From contig CP120461.1 in assembly GCA_034226945.1 (NCBI GenBank), positions 744,001 through 808,000 on the forward strand: 64,000 bases of DNA, given 5' to 3'. The notes beneath the pieces are model-generated. The model was not told the DNA's origin. It saw nothing but the letters and a program-made list of their open reading frames with translations, and made no database searches. Below, one piece after another: positions 13,713 through 24,839 of this stretch (positions are counted from its first letter, which is position 1; each line of letters opens with the position of its first letter). The position numbers and the translations under genes were made by a program. Origin of the DNA: Picochlorum sp. SENEW3. Its lineage: Eukaryota.

Positions 13713-13974
13713 TTTACTAATTTATTTTGAAGACTTTTACGTACTATATCGGATCGATGGGTCTCTATCACATATGAACAGGCATGTCAAGGGTACGTGT
13801 GACATCAATGCTCGGTCAAAAGCGTCCTTGGATGGTATCTTCGAATGTCAGATCGATCCCTGGTGTCGACTGCTTTCATACAGCAGGAATGGAAAACGTT
13901 GGGTTCCTTGTATGGATGGATTGGAGAATGCTGGTTTCGCCTTTTGTCTCTGAGTTGTATATATGAGGTAGAGG

Positions 13975-15270
13975 ATGGATCAGGGAATGCCTGCAATGCA
14001 GCCAGTGGCCTCGAGGCCGATTGCTGGGACAGCGTGGCTGGAGGTTCGGACAAATCTGGGATACGTCTATTACTACTCACCAACGACTCAAGAGAGTGTG
14101 TGGGAAAAGCCAAAAGAAGTAGAGGAGGCGGAAAAGGCTCGAGATGCGAAGAAAAAGGTGCTACTTGATCCAGCCAAGTTGCAGGCACTGAAACGGGCAA
14201 AAGCCCACGGTGCTGTGTTGGCTCCAGAGTATGAGGAAATGCTGCGTCAAGAAAAAGGTGGTGGAGAGAAGAAGGGTGGGAAGAAGAAGGATGTGAAGGC
14301 GAAAGGTGGGGTTGCAGCTCCTGTTGTTGAGGAGGATGAATTTGATGTTGAATTTGATGAAGAGGATATCGTTGAGAAGAATGATGTGGTACTTGATCAA
14401 GAACAAGAAAAAGACGTAGAGAAGGATGAAAAGGAAATAGAAGCAGCGTATGAGACGCTTTTGCGCGATATTGGTGTGAATGGGTTCTCTCTGTATTCTC
14501 AAAAGCTCAAAATGATGCAGGATGATGCTCGGTTTCAGGCGGTTGATCCGTCCAAGAGAAGGCCATTATTTGAATCGTATTGTAAGAAAATTGGTGCGGA
14601 TATAACAACAGTAGGGTCTGGGGAGACGACGCATGTGGAGAAGAAACCTCGGCGTGGGGATTTTGTGTCTTCCAGAGCTTCAATAGATTCCTTCATGGCG
14701 TTGTTACAGGAGAAGGTGGTGCACTCGGATATCTACTGGGATGATATTGCGCCTGCTCTTGCGAATGATGACCGATTTAGGGAAGTGGAAACGTGGGAGG
14801 GGCGAGATTTGTTTCGAGAGCACCGGAGACAGTTGGAGAAGGCTGATAGAGCCAGGGATATTGCACATCACAGAATGGCCAAAGATATGAGAGAGGGGCA
14901 GCGCAGGCAAATGGAATCGAGTCGACTAGATGCACAGAATAACTTCAAAGCTTTGTTGGCTGAAGTCGTGCGGAACCCATTGGCGTCATGGGAATCTGAA
15001 AATGACATGCTGCAAAAGGACCCACAGAAGCGAGGTGCGCATCCTTTATTAGACGAGGCCACCTGCAAGAGTATGTTTGATGAACATGTAGCCCGATTAT
15101 ATGCATCAGCAAAGGAAAACCTTATATCTCTGTTCGAGAAACAAGGGCTTCCAAAGACGTTGACATTGAAAGAAGTTCAAGGCTGTCTTGATGAAGAGGA
15201 CCTAGAAGAGTTTGATGAGACACTACAAAGGCATGCCTGGGAATCTTACACATCAGAGGGTGCTGAATGA
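13975..15270 (+). CDS. WW + FF domain splicing/transcription factor (PRP40C/TCERG1-like)
   Basis: WW domain WLEVRTNLGYVYYYSPTTQESVWEKP, followed by several FF repeats (DDARFQAV...RRPLF, FKALLAEVV...KDPQKR). Confidence 0.8.
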   Translation: MDQGMPAMQPVASRPIAGTAWLEVRTNLGYVYYYSPTTQESVWEKPKEVEEAEKARDAKKKVLLDPAKLQALKRAKAHGAVLAPEYEEMLRQEKGGGEKKGGKKKDVKAKGGVAAPVVEEDEFDVEFDEEDIVEKNDVVLDQEQEKDVEKDEKEIEAAYETLLRDIGVNGFSLYSQKLKMMQDDARFQAVDPSKRRPLFESYCKKIGADITTVGSGETTHVEKKPRRGDFVSSRASIDSFMALLQEKVVHSDIYWDDIAPALANDDRFREVETWEGRDLFREHRRQLEKADRARDIAHHRMAKDMREGQRRQMESSRLDAQNNFKALLAEVVRNPLASWESENDMLQKDPQKRGAHPLLDEATCKSMFDEHVARLYASAKENLISLFEKQGLPKTLTLKEVQGCLDEEDLEEFDETLQRHAWESYTSEGAE

Positions 15271-15313
15271 TATATTATAAAATTTTTATTTAGTAATAGC
15301 GACGTGAGACAGT

Positions 15314-17219
15314 ATGAAGAGAGTTCAGTGGAATCTGGCAACGGGTTCTACAGGATTGGGTAGAACCAGTTCGCCTCAACTCTCCGTCTGGGAGAGCACA
15401 CCCCAAAGGTAAAGCGAATTTTAAGTCACAGTGTGTGTATTTAATGGCTCATATCGATCGATTCTGTGTTTTCTGCGTAGAATGAAACGAAGAGACTGCC
15501 AGCGAATATTGCCATGCAGCACGGGGACGTGTACCATCCCAACCCTAAGAACTCCCAGGCAGAGTAGATTGTATCCTCTGGTGGATTTGAGGCAGAGGGT
15601 GGCACGATGCGATACTCGAGCGATGGCCAGTGCTACTTCTTCTATGAATGAGGTGTATGGACTCAATGATGAGCATTGGGAGACCTCCTCGTTGTCCTTC
15701 TGTGTGGTGGGTGCATCCGGAGATTTAGCAAAGAAGAAAATCCTTCCTGCCCTGTTTGCATTGTATGAGCAAGGGATGATGCCTCAGTCGTTCAAGGTGT
15801 TTGGATATGCTCGGAGTAAAATGACCCATGACGAGTTTCGGTCCTTGATTGAGTCATTGGTATCCACAAATGGTGCCACGTACGTTTCTTATATATGCCT
15901 CTCGACACCATTTGTTTGGAATCTAAAACAGTAGTTATGTATGCAGCAAAGAAAAGGTGGATCATTTTCTGTCAAATTGTTTCTACCAGCCTGGTCAATA
16001 CGACTCTGTGGATGACTTCAAATCCTTGAATGCATTAATGGCAGAGAATGAGACTGGGTTTACCAAATCGAACAGAATATTCTACCTTTCAATTCCACCA
16101 CATATATTTACTACAGTTGCAGCGAATGCATCCACGGCAGCATCATCTAGTTCTGGATGGACTCGTATGATTGTGGAAAAACCATTTGGTAGGGACACCG
16201 AGTCGTTCAAAAAGCTTTCCAAGGAATTATACGAGCATTTAGAAGAAGATCAAATCTATAGAATAGACCATTACTTGGGTAAAGAATTGATCGAAGACCT
16301 TGTCGTGTTGAGATTTGCCAATTTGGTGTTTGAACCATTGTGGAGCAGGGATTACATCCGGAGTGTTCAAGTCATATTCTCAGAGAACTTTGGCACGGAA
16401 GGAAGAGGAGGATATTTTGATCAATATGGAATCATCAGGGATGTGATTCAAAATCATTTACTGCAGATCATGGCACTCTTTGCCATGGAGCAACCTGCCA
16501 GTCTGGACAGTGAGGACATCCGCGATGAAAAGGTCAAGGTCCTGAAGAACATGAAAACTGTGGGCATTGACGATGTTGTGCTCGGCCAGTATAAGGGACA
16601 TGTTTCTAATGGAAAAACATATCCCGGCTATGTGGATGATGATACTGTTCCACCCTGCAGCATCACCCCCACATTTGCTGCATGTGCAGTGTTTATAGAC
16701 AACCCTCGCTGGGATGGCATCCCATTTCTGTTGAAAGCAGGTAAAGCCCTTCACTCTCGAGTTGCAGAAATTCGAGTCCAATTCCGGCACGTTCCGGGGA
16801 ATTTGTACCGTAATAAACTCGGCATCGATCTTGATAGGACTACAAACGAGCTCGTGATTAGAATTCAACCAGATGAAGGCATCTTTCTCAAAGTCAACAA
16901 TAAAATCCCTGGTCTAGGACTCAGCATAGATAGAACTCGGCTCGATCTCATGTACAAATCACGGTACGATGCGGAGCTCCCAGATGCATACGAGCGATTA
17001 ATTCTGGATTGCATCAATGGGGACAGGCGCCTCTTCATCCGAGCAGATGAATTGGAAGTTGCATGGGAGAAATTCACCCCAGTCCTTCAGGAAATCGAAA
17101 GGCGAGAAATTCAGCCAGAATTCTATCCATACGGCTCCAGAGGACCATTGGGAGCCCATTATTTGGCAGCAAAATACAGGGTTCGCTGGGCTGATTTGGC
17201 AGATGATGATGACATGTAA
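15314..17219 (+). CDS. G6PD: Glucose-6-phosphate dehydrogenase, plastid-type, 3 exons
   Basis: [41 protein letters not shown]. Introns 15409-15480 and 15880-15946; transit-peptide-like N-terminus. Confidence 0.95.
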
Positions 17220-17251
17220 GGATCAAGACGAACAATTTTTATCTTACAAAT

Positions 17252-17581
17252 CTACAATGGAGCGCATTCTTCAAAAGCAGCTTGTTCTTTCCTACATTTG
17301 GAAAATCTGTTACTGTAATAATCCATACATTCACAGTACGTTTTCAGCTCTTCAGGACATTTCCCATTTAAATCCTTCAGGAGATCCACAACACATTCGG
17401 TCACAGCTTCCCCTTCTTTCACGCATGCACTAGGATTACCGTTGTTTCTATCTTTACATTCAATATACGCTGCATTCACCTTGGAACAGCGCACAGCCAC
17501 GTGCTTTGAAGCTGCCATCAACAGGGCTGATGTTGGTGTCGAACTAGTCGCACTCGGATCTTCACTTTTTGCTACCCCCAT
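17252..17581 (-). CDS. NDUFA8: Complex I subunit NDUFA8 (twin Cx9C)
   Basis: PTSALLMAASKHV...C-x9-C...NPSACVKEGEAVTEC...CMDYYSNRFSKCRKEQAAF. Confidence 0.9.
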   Translation of the reverse strand: MGVAKSEDPSATSSTPTSALLMAASKHVAVRCSKVNAAYIECKDRNNGNPSACVKEGEAVTECVVDLLKDLNGKCPEELKTYCECMDYYSNRFSKCRKEQAAFEECAPL

Positions 17582-17693
17582 GTCTTCAGAAACCTCAAAT
17601 ACAAATTATACACATTAAAAGGCAAGAATCGGTGTGTATGTGTGGGTGTACAACTGGGACGTCTATAGGGTCGCCGTGAATATTGATATAAAA

Positions 17694-17707
17694 ACCCTAA
17701 TTAGGGT
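17694..17707. promoter_or_regulatory. Palindromic telo-box-like element upstream of RPS16
   Basis: AAACCCTAA overlaps the perfect palindrome ACCCTAATTAGGGT in the NDUFA8/RPS16 divergent promoter. A site-II-like TGGGCT lies at about 17745. Confidence 0.5.
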
Positions 17708-17826
17708 ATTCCATCCCGAAGCCATGTCCATGCCCGCCGCAGCGTGGGCTCGTCGCTGAGCAGCATGTGTTTGCAACATACTCCCACCATCGCTCATAAA
17801 TTTCATAATTTATATCTAAAGACACA

Positions 17827-18518
17827 ATGGTCGAGGTATGTAGAATACAAATAGGTGTCCGTGGAATCGCCGCCTGAGCCGTAGACAAAGAAAGTCGCTC
17901 TGTCGTGTCGTTTCCACACCCATATTCTCTATGATGAACGTCTAGATGGTATTAACTAACACATATTGTATGTATTAATGCAGTCTGTCCAAACATTCGG
18001 TCGCAAGGTACGTTTTACCATGCTCTCCACATGGTTGCGGCGTTTGGGTACTCGCGCATACCATGCCTTTTCAACACGTGCAATTCTTATATTCCAATTC
18101 TCATATAATTAATACATCTGTGCAGAAAACCTCCGTAGCTGTTGCCTACGTGAAGCGCGGAAAGGGAGAAATCAGGTTGAATGGAGCTCCTTTGGATGTC
18201 ATTCAGCCAGATACTCTTCGCTGGAAGATTATGGAGCCAATTCTCTTGTTGGGAAAGCAGAGATTCTCCAATGTTGATATTAGACTTCGTGTGAAGGGAG
18301 GTGGTCGTGTGACCCAGTCCTATGCTCTCAGACAGGCCATTGCCAAGGGACTCGTAGCCTTTTACCAGAAATACGTTGACGAGCAGAGTAAGAACGAAAT
18401 CAAGAACATCTTGTTGAGCTACGATAGAACTCTCATTGTGGCTGATCCACGTCGCTGCGAGCCAAAGAAGTTTGGTGGTCCAGGTGCCCGTGCCAGATAC
18501 CAGAAATCGTATCGTTAG
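17827..18518 (+). CDS. RPS16: 40S ribosomal protein S16 (uS9), 3 exons
   Basis: [18 protein letters not shown]...[25 protein letters not shown]. Introns 17836-17983 and 18008-18125. Confidence 0.97.
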
Positions 18519-18558
18519 AATTTATTCTATTATGTATGTAATAATAGCATTAGGATAC

Positions 18559-19092
18559 TCATGATTGTTTTGTTTCTGAAGAATTAAAGAATTTCTTGGC
18601 CTCGTGTGCCACTCGTTCCTCTTGGAGAGCATCCATCAGAGTCTCACTTGCTGTTTCAGGCAGTCGATGATGACCATGATCACGAGATGCTGCCCTCACA
18701 TCCTCTGCCGACACTGGAATCATCGTATATGATGGAGTATCTTCTTGTTTGCTACCCTCAACATCCTTCTGAACAGAAGGAGGTGGCGGTACACGAGCAC
18801 GAGACGACGAGCCCACGTTTTCTGGCAAAATCATTCCCTTAAGCGACGACATGGACCTGACGTCCCTGCGTATTTTATCCAACTGCGCCACAGTATCCTG
18901 TAATTCCTCATGAACAGAATTCATTTCATTTTTATCTACATATTCACTAATCTCACGGCGTATCCGCTGCAATTTGGTCGCAGCTCGTCCAGCAATTCTA
19001 CCGGCCTGTCTTGCCAGTCTGGGCAGTTCGTGAGGCTTGACAAACAGGGCCCCGACGAAGAGAGCAAATATCCCTTGTTCTATCAACGTCAT
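18559..19092 (-). CDS. TatB-like twin-arginine translocase subunit (probably mitochondrial TatB)
   Basis: N-terminal TM helix followed by KPHELPRLARQAGRIAGRA amphipathic helix, resembling the plant mtTatB pattern GPKDLP..AR.AGR..GRA. No plastid transit peptide. Confidence 0.7.
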   Translation of the reverse strand: MTLIEQGIFALFVGALFVKPHELPRLARQAGRIAGRAATKLQRIRREISEYVDKNEMNSVHEELQDTVAQLDKIRRDVRSMSSLKGMILPENVGSSSRARVPPPPSVQKDVEGSKQEDTPSYTMIPVSAEDVRAASRDHGHHRLPETASETLMDALQEERVAHEAKKFFNSSETKQS

Positions 19093-19125
19093 TCATAATC
19101 GTATTCATTAAATGGAAATTTGAAT

Positions 19126-19777
19126 TTATTTGCCATAGAGGGATGCTACTGCCTTCATAACGGATGCCATCGGGGCATGGTCCCCAAAGGTTTCCTCTTT
19201 AAACACGTAGACGGAATTTCCAGCTGGAGAGTCCAACACCGCCAATCCTCCTAGAGTGAGCCCATCTCCTTCGAGATTGGAATCACACACGGCTCCACGA
19301 GCCTTCACAGCCCTGTAGTTCTTCCATGCTCTGGAGAAGGGATTCAAGAATGATGCCAAGGAGCCCTTCTTCACCTGTCCTCCATGAACAGCCTTGTAGA
19401 ATGCCTTGGTCTCGTCATGGTATAATTCTCCACCCCAGAACTCTTTGAAAGCATCAACTTCTCTCTGCTTCCATTCGTGAAGCACGCATACCATTCTTGT
19501 GCGCTGTTTGTCTGTGCCTTGTGCATAGTTTGCAATAGTCTCTCTGCTCTTCCACAAAGCGATCGCCTGGTCGCGACAAAGAACTGCACAGAGGGGATCA
19601 AGGTGTCACAATATCCTAATAAATGACATGTCATACATGTATATGCAACGCACGGCATCCTGGGCGACGGAGAACAACAACAAGAGCAGGGGAGTCTGTC
19701 CACAAACTTGCAGCAGAGATCTCCTTGCCCTCTCCGTCCTTCAATGTCGTCTTTGGATCCACAAATGGGGTTGACAT
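19126..19777 (-). CDS. Peroxiredoxin-like 2 / FAM213 (AhpC-TSA_2, SelU-family Cys homolog), 2 exons
   Basis: Spliced (intron 19653-19584): SLWTDSPALVVVLRRPGCLLCRDQA...SNLEGDGLTLGG...EETFGDHA. Confidence 0.85.
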
Positions 19778-20022
19778 GGCTTGTTATGTATTTTGGATTA
19801 AGAATGGGGGAGAGTGTGAGGGGTTTCGGTGACGTATCATGTGTCCACCTTGGAATTTCCTTGAATAAAACATTGAATATATGTACATGGGGTATTCTTG
19901 TTCTTTTTTCATGGATAGATAAAATAGTAATAACGTATTTTTTATTGACGTTGAGAAACCAAGCGAGTGAGTACATACGGAACGTCATAAAGAAAAAGGA
20001 AGAGTAAAAGGAAGAAGAGACC

Positions 20023-20799
20023 ATGTCGTCTCTTGCCGCGGCTCGGGCGGATAACTTTTATAATCCTCCTGATTGGGATCCGAATAAAGAGAGTAGAAAT
20101 AAATATCACAATTCACATGGAGCTTTGGGTAACCGAGCGAGGAAGTTGGAGAAGGAGGGGATTCTCATTATTAGATTCGAAATGCCTTTTCCTGTGTGGT
20201 GTGCTGGGTGCCGTCATTTGATTGGGAAGGGTGTTCGTTTCAATGCTGAAAAGAAAAAGATTGGGAAGTACCATAGCACGACGGTGTGGAGTTTTTGTAT
20301 GAAAGCACCTTGCTGCAAGGAGGTGATTGAGGTCCACACAGACCCAAAGAATGCAGAGTATGTGATTGTCAGGGGGGCTAAAAAGAAGGTCGAGTATTCT
20401 GGGGAAGATGCGGTGGTTGTGGATCCCAAAGCGGAGGATCGGCCGAAGGATGCTATTGGGAGGTTGGAGGTGGCAGAAATTGATAAGAGGGCTGCAGAGG
20501 ATGGTCTGATACAGATTATGGACCTGAAGGAGCAAAGTTATCATAGATATAAAGATGATGTTGATAGAAATAGGTCTCTGAGGAGGACGATGCGTCAGGC
20601 GAGGAGAGAGGAGCAGCAGAGGACAGCCAGGCGGGATGCCCTTGGGCTGTCAAAGAACATACAATTGTTGCCCGAGACGAAGATGGATCGATTGAGGGCG
20701 TCTGCGGTAGAGTTTGGTAGTGTCAAGTCGAATTGGAAGAAAAAGCGAAAATCGATCAAGTCAGAGGGAATATTTGGGGGAAAATATCAACGAAAGTAA
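20023..20799 (+). CDS. CCDC130: CCDC130/YJU2B (Saf4/Yju2 family) splicing factor
   Basis: MSSLAAARADNFYNPP, IIRFEMPF.VWCAGC, GKGVRFNAEKKKIG.Y, TDPKNAEY. Confidence 0.92.
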   Translation: MSSLAAARADNFYNPPDWDPNKESRNKYHNSHGALGNRARKLEKEGILIIRFEMPFPVWCAGCRHLIGKGVRFNAEKKKIGKYHSTTVWSFCMKAPCCKEVIEVHTDPKNAEYVIVRGAKKKVEYSGEDAVVVDPKAEDRPKDAIGRLEVAEIDKRAAEDGLIQIMDLKEQSYHRYKDDVDRNRSLRRTMRQARREEQQRTARRDALGLSKNIQLLPETKMDRLRASAVEFGSVKSNWKKKRKSIKSEGIFGGKYQRK

Positions 20800-20812
20800 T
20801 GTAGTTACAGTA

Positions 20813-22563
20813 TTACTGCTGACAATGTCTTGTTATTGGCTGGAATTTTCCAGCATCTATATTTTTGCTAAGAGTACTGTTTAAGAAGCTCATAACTTCG
20901 AGTCTAAATTCCCTGCGGTGGCTCAAATACCGTGACTTTGGTAACAGCCGCAAATGAGACAGATGCATACTGAAGCCCGTCGCATGCGTTCTAAATCTAA
21001 ATTTGTTCTTTTCCAAATATTTGAGCCACACATTAGCTCCACATCCATTGTCGACAAATCTTTCATCAAACCACGGCGTCATCTCGGTCGCAAGCAGTAT
21101 GCATGGCTCTGACATGGAACTGATAGGAGGGCCCTCCTTGATCAGTGAATGATCCTTCGTCCGTACCCATTTCTTCAAGTCTACTCGGAAGGCATCCTCA
21201 TGATCATCCGGCGAAATATAATGACCTAAAAGCTTCTTCTGAATGGCTTCTTTGACAAAGCTTTTCCCAGCTGCAATAGATATACATACCACGCATGATA
21301 TTTTGTCTATGAAAACAACAACAATCAAACAAGATACATAACAAAGACATCAAACCTACATAATGCGTATGATCTGGCTACATTACGGACAATTTTCAAA
21401 TCTTGCCCAATATTTGACAGCTCCAATGCTGGTAGAATGAAAGCAGTCTTCTTCTTTGCTGCTGACAATAAGCCTTCATAGGTCTGCTCATCCCTGTACC
21501 CAAGACCTGGGCTGTCCAACAAGGGCGTCACCAAAAAATCAGAATTGACATGGATAGAAAGTTCCGTTCGAACAAATGACAAAGCTTTATTGCGCAAGGC
21601 ATTCACTGGGTACGCCCCAGGAAAGTCAGGCTTTTTTATGAATTGTCCCAAGAAAATCACGTCTAATGCACAGACACCAATTGTCTCCATATACTTGTGA
21701 AACGAGTCAATCCCACGAATCATATCATCAAGGGTCGTACGAGAATATCCAGGAAGCAAAGGAAGTCCTCCAGACGTATTTGCAGTCATAGGAACGTAAA
21801 TGGTAGCCACAATTCTGTCGGGCCACGACAGGCACTGGTCTTCCAGATTTGGTATCCTCTCTGTCGACATCTGCGTCACCAGACTAATACTATTCCCCTC
21901 AATCTCCTTCCTCGATTTCCATGCATGAATTTCTATCAAATCAGGAAAGTAATCTGTGACAGCATTAGATGTCTCATCTCTTGTGTATGGTGTGCATGCC
22001 CTCTTCTCATTCCACGATGGCAGCAATGCAAGCATTCTATGGTAATCACCCAGCATATCATCTCCTTCTCCTCCAGATACATCATCGTATACATTTCCAC
22101 TATCATTATCATCACTCGCCTTCCATTTGATATCCCAAAGAGACGACATCACCCCTGAACCCCCAAGAACAAGAGACACCAGGAACAGCATCAGCACAAA
22201 AGGCGTCCTCATCGATTTCCCACCACTCCTCCAGCCGTGCCCACCACTATGATTTCTTCTCCCCGGAGTCATCGACGGAGGGTTCCCGAGCGACCCCTGG
22301 GAATCCAACATGGCACTTCCAACCCTCGGCAACCGTTGAGGCGAACGCCCTGGCGTCCTCAAGGCCGATTTTGTCGTCGACCCCGCCGCAGATCCTCCAA
22401 ATGGACTTTTTGCCAAATTAAAAACAGATCTCATCATCGTATCTGGGGTTCTATGACTCAGGCCTCCATCCCGTCGCCCAAGGCTGCCTAGTTGCTGTGG
22501 AGTTGGATCACCCTCCGACTGTCGCTCATCCACCAACACTGTCAACCTATTCGGCGTCGCCAT
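20813..22563 (-). CDS. Second GT49-like type II membrane glycosyltransferase, 2 exons
   Basis: TM anchor, ISLVTQMSTERI, YPVNALRNKAL, FILPALE, PWFDERFV. Intron at about 21359-21271. The DXD position reads NSD. Confidence 0.8.
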
Positions 22564-22852
22564 GTTCTACCTCTACTACTAATTATGAAAGAAAGATGCA
22601 ATCTTTACAACAATGCACGACGACGCCAGTCCTTTTCCTCTGATAGAGCACGGCAGTTACTCCTCGCGCGTTGGCATTCTTTTGCATACTATCCGATCAA
22701 GGACATATTTATTACTATACATGAATTCACCTGAATTGCACACGAGTAAGACATGTGGTCCAATGTTCTTGAAGAGTCTTCTTCAATGAAGAGCATGGTG
22801 CCAACTCCTTATATAAAGTTGATCCCGGTATCAATGTTACAAAGTAGTAGTA

Positions 22853-23783
22853 TTATGATTGTTTTCCAAGTGCTGATGCTAAAAATGCAAATTGAGACGA
22901 TAATAACTCTGAAACCTCCCGTCTATGAGACTCTGGAATGTCTGCTAGGCCATTGGCCCCAAGGGCCCACTGCTTTCCATCTTTTGTCGTCACAACAGCA
23001 GCGCGCGGTTCTTGAGACGCTTTCGTTTTACCACCCCGCTTCCCTTGTTGCACAAGCATCGTCACAGGCATGGGCATGGCCTTGCCAGCAAATGGCATGG
23101 GAGTCTGCAAAGGGATCCCGTTAAACGAGCCTGCTGTCCCATCTGGCTCGACTTTCACCCTCTTCGTCCCCCGTTTCTTCCCCGAATGCGTATCAGACTC
23201 TTCAATCACCTTATCCACAGCAGCTGCCCGCTCCTCAAACCTCCTCCTGACATCCTCCAGGGCACTACTCTTCAAATCATCCACAAACTTTTCCTCAAAC
23301 TCCTTCATACTCATACTCCGAGTCTACAAATACAATACATATACGTGACTGTGACGTGGTGCAATGAAAAGGGCATGACGTGTAACACGTACCGACTTGG
23401 GCAACCGAACCAACTTGGTCCTCAGGTTGTTCCTCAGACTCGTCACAGCATCCTCTGTCGCAGCTATAATCTCCGAAACTCGCTCTTCCACTACAACAGA
23501 ATAACATTACTACCCATTATTCTATGAATACTACCCATCATTGCACGAATACAGCGTCGTCGCCTGAGAAAACGTGGACCAACCGAGAATGTCGTTGGAC
23601 AATCCCAATCCCAACGAAAATCTCCACAACAACCACATACACCCATGATATCATATAGAAATAATTCCTACCTTGAGTCTCAATGCTTTCAATCAATTTA
23701 AGGACATCCGCTGTGCTCGTATCCTTCCCAACGACATTCTCATCCACTGGCGCAAGAACCTTTCGTCTCGTTGCTCTAGGCAT
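22853..23783 (-). CDS. Borealin/Nbl1-like chromosomal passenger subunit, 3 exons
   Basis: Splice of 23783-23672, 23490-23393 and 23323-22853 gives IETQVEERVSEI...SLRNNLRTKLVRLPKSTRSMSMKEFEEKF, matching the Borealin N-terminal 'L..LP...R.M...EF' signature. RKVL...DEN is D-box-like. Confidence 0.65.
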
Positions 23784-23844
23784 ACTATTACTCACATGTA
23801 TGTTATTAACTAATTACTATTTTACTACTGTAATAATAACAACA

Positions 23845-24597
23845 CTATTGATCCTCTTCCATCTCCTCATCCTGCTGTTGCAATCTCTCCTCCAGTTTGG
23901 CAACTTCTTCCATGGTAGATGCAGAGGCAATCGCTGCCTTGATTGCCATCAATTTCTCTCGACTAGGTCCCTTCTTCGTACTAGGCTCACTACGAGACCC
24001 CTTGGTCGATTCCTTCTCCTTCCGAGTCCGCGGTGCCGGAGCAGCCTTGTTCCCAAACTCCTTCTCAGCCTGCTCCCTCTCAGATGCCGTCACCTTTCGA
24101 TAATCCAGCATCTTCAACTTCTTGCACCTACTAATAATGAAAAGCCTATACCCAGGTTCTTTCGTCACGGGGTTATCCACCAGACTGAGGTACGTCAATT
24201 TCCCCAGCAGACCCAGGGGTTCCAGAGTGACCAGGTCTGACAGTTTATTATTTGTCAATATCAGCAATTCTAGATTCGGTAAAGCCTCTCCCAGAGAATC
24301 TGAAATCCTTTCAATTCGATTATTATTCATATGAAGGCTGCTCAATCGCCTCAGTTTCGGAAATCCATCTAGTTTTGTAATGGCATTATCAGACACGTCA
24401 ATGCTATCAAACTGGTTCTCTGTTGTCCCTAGATTTTCAAGTATCGCTATGCTGTTCCCTCGAAGATCTAATTCGTACTGGTCGATGCAATTCATGTACT
24501 GTGGACTGCGCAGAACCAGCTCAGGTGTGAGCCTGCCAATCACTCTCGGTCCTAACAGGGTGCCGCTGCGTCGAGTATAGCCGTCTGTGCCAGTCAT
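23845..24597 (-). CDS. SNRPA1: U2 snRNP protein A' (LRR)
   Basis: RLTPELVLRSPQYMN...ELDLRGNSI...ENLG.T.NQFDSID.SDN, LRR cap YRLFII...LKMLDYRKV. Confidence 0.95.
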   Translation of the reverse strand: MTGTDGYTRRSGTLLGPRVIGRLTPELVLRSPQYMNCIDQYELDLRGNSIAILENLGTTENQFDSIDVSDNAITKLDGFPKLRRLSSLHMNNNRIERISDSLGEALPNLELLILTNNKLSDLVTLEPLGLLGKLTYLSLVDNPVTKEPGYRLFIISRCKKLKMLDYRKVTASEREQAEKEFGNKAAPAPRTRKEKESTKGSRSEPSTKKGPSREKLMAIKAAIASASTMEEVAKLEERLQQQDEEMEEDQ

Positions 24598-24839
24598 GGT
24601 GAATTAATTTTATACATATATGCATGGTAATGTTGGAGATGGAAGGGTGTTTCATACGATCATCATGGTTCTTTTTTGGTGATGTTTTAATGTTTTTAAG
24701 AAGGAATTCGCGTTCCAAACTGGTCAACATACGTGATACATCCATGGATCGCGTATAATTATATATACATACCTGTAATAGGGTATATAAAATCTCTCGC
24801 ACGAGAGGGAGGGCTGGTTGTCTTCAGAGAGGAAGAAGA

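Noticed and set aside
15320..15400. Hairpins suggesting an ncRNA upstream of G6PD
   Set aside because: The region reads as an in-frame first exon of G6PD with a good GT-AG intron.
17691..17707. Telomere remnant or telomerase RNA template
   Set aside because: Only one unit per strand occurs in a short promoter, with no tandem array or supporting structure.
17925..17983. C/D snoRNA in RPS16 intron 1 (ATGATGA)
   Set aside because: There is no D box (CTGA) downstream within the intron.
19575..19665. Selenoprotein U (UGA-Sec)
   Set aside because: The spliced motif is TGC CTT CTT TGT (CLLC), with no in-frame TGA.
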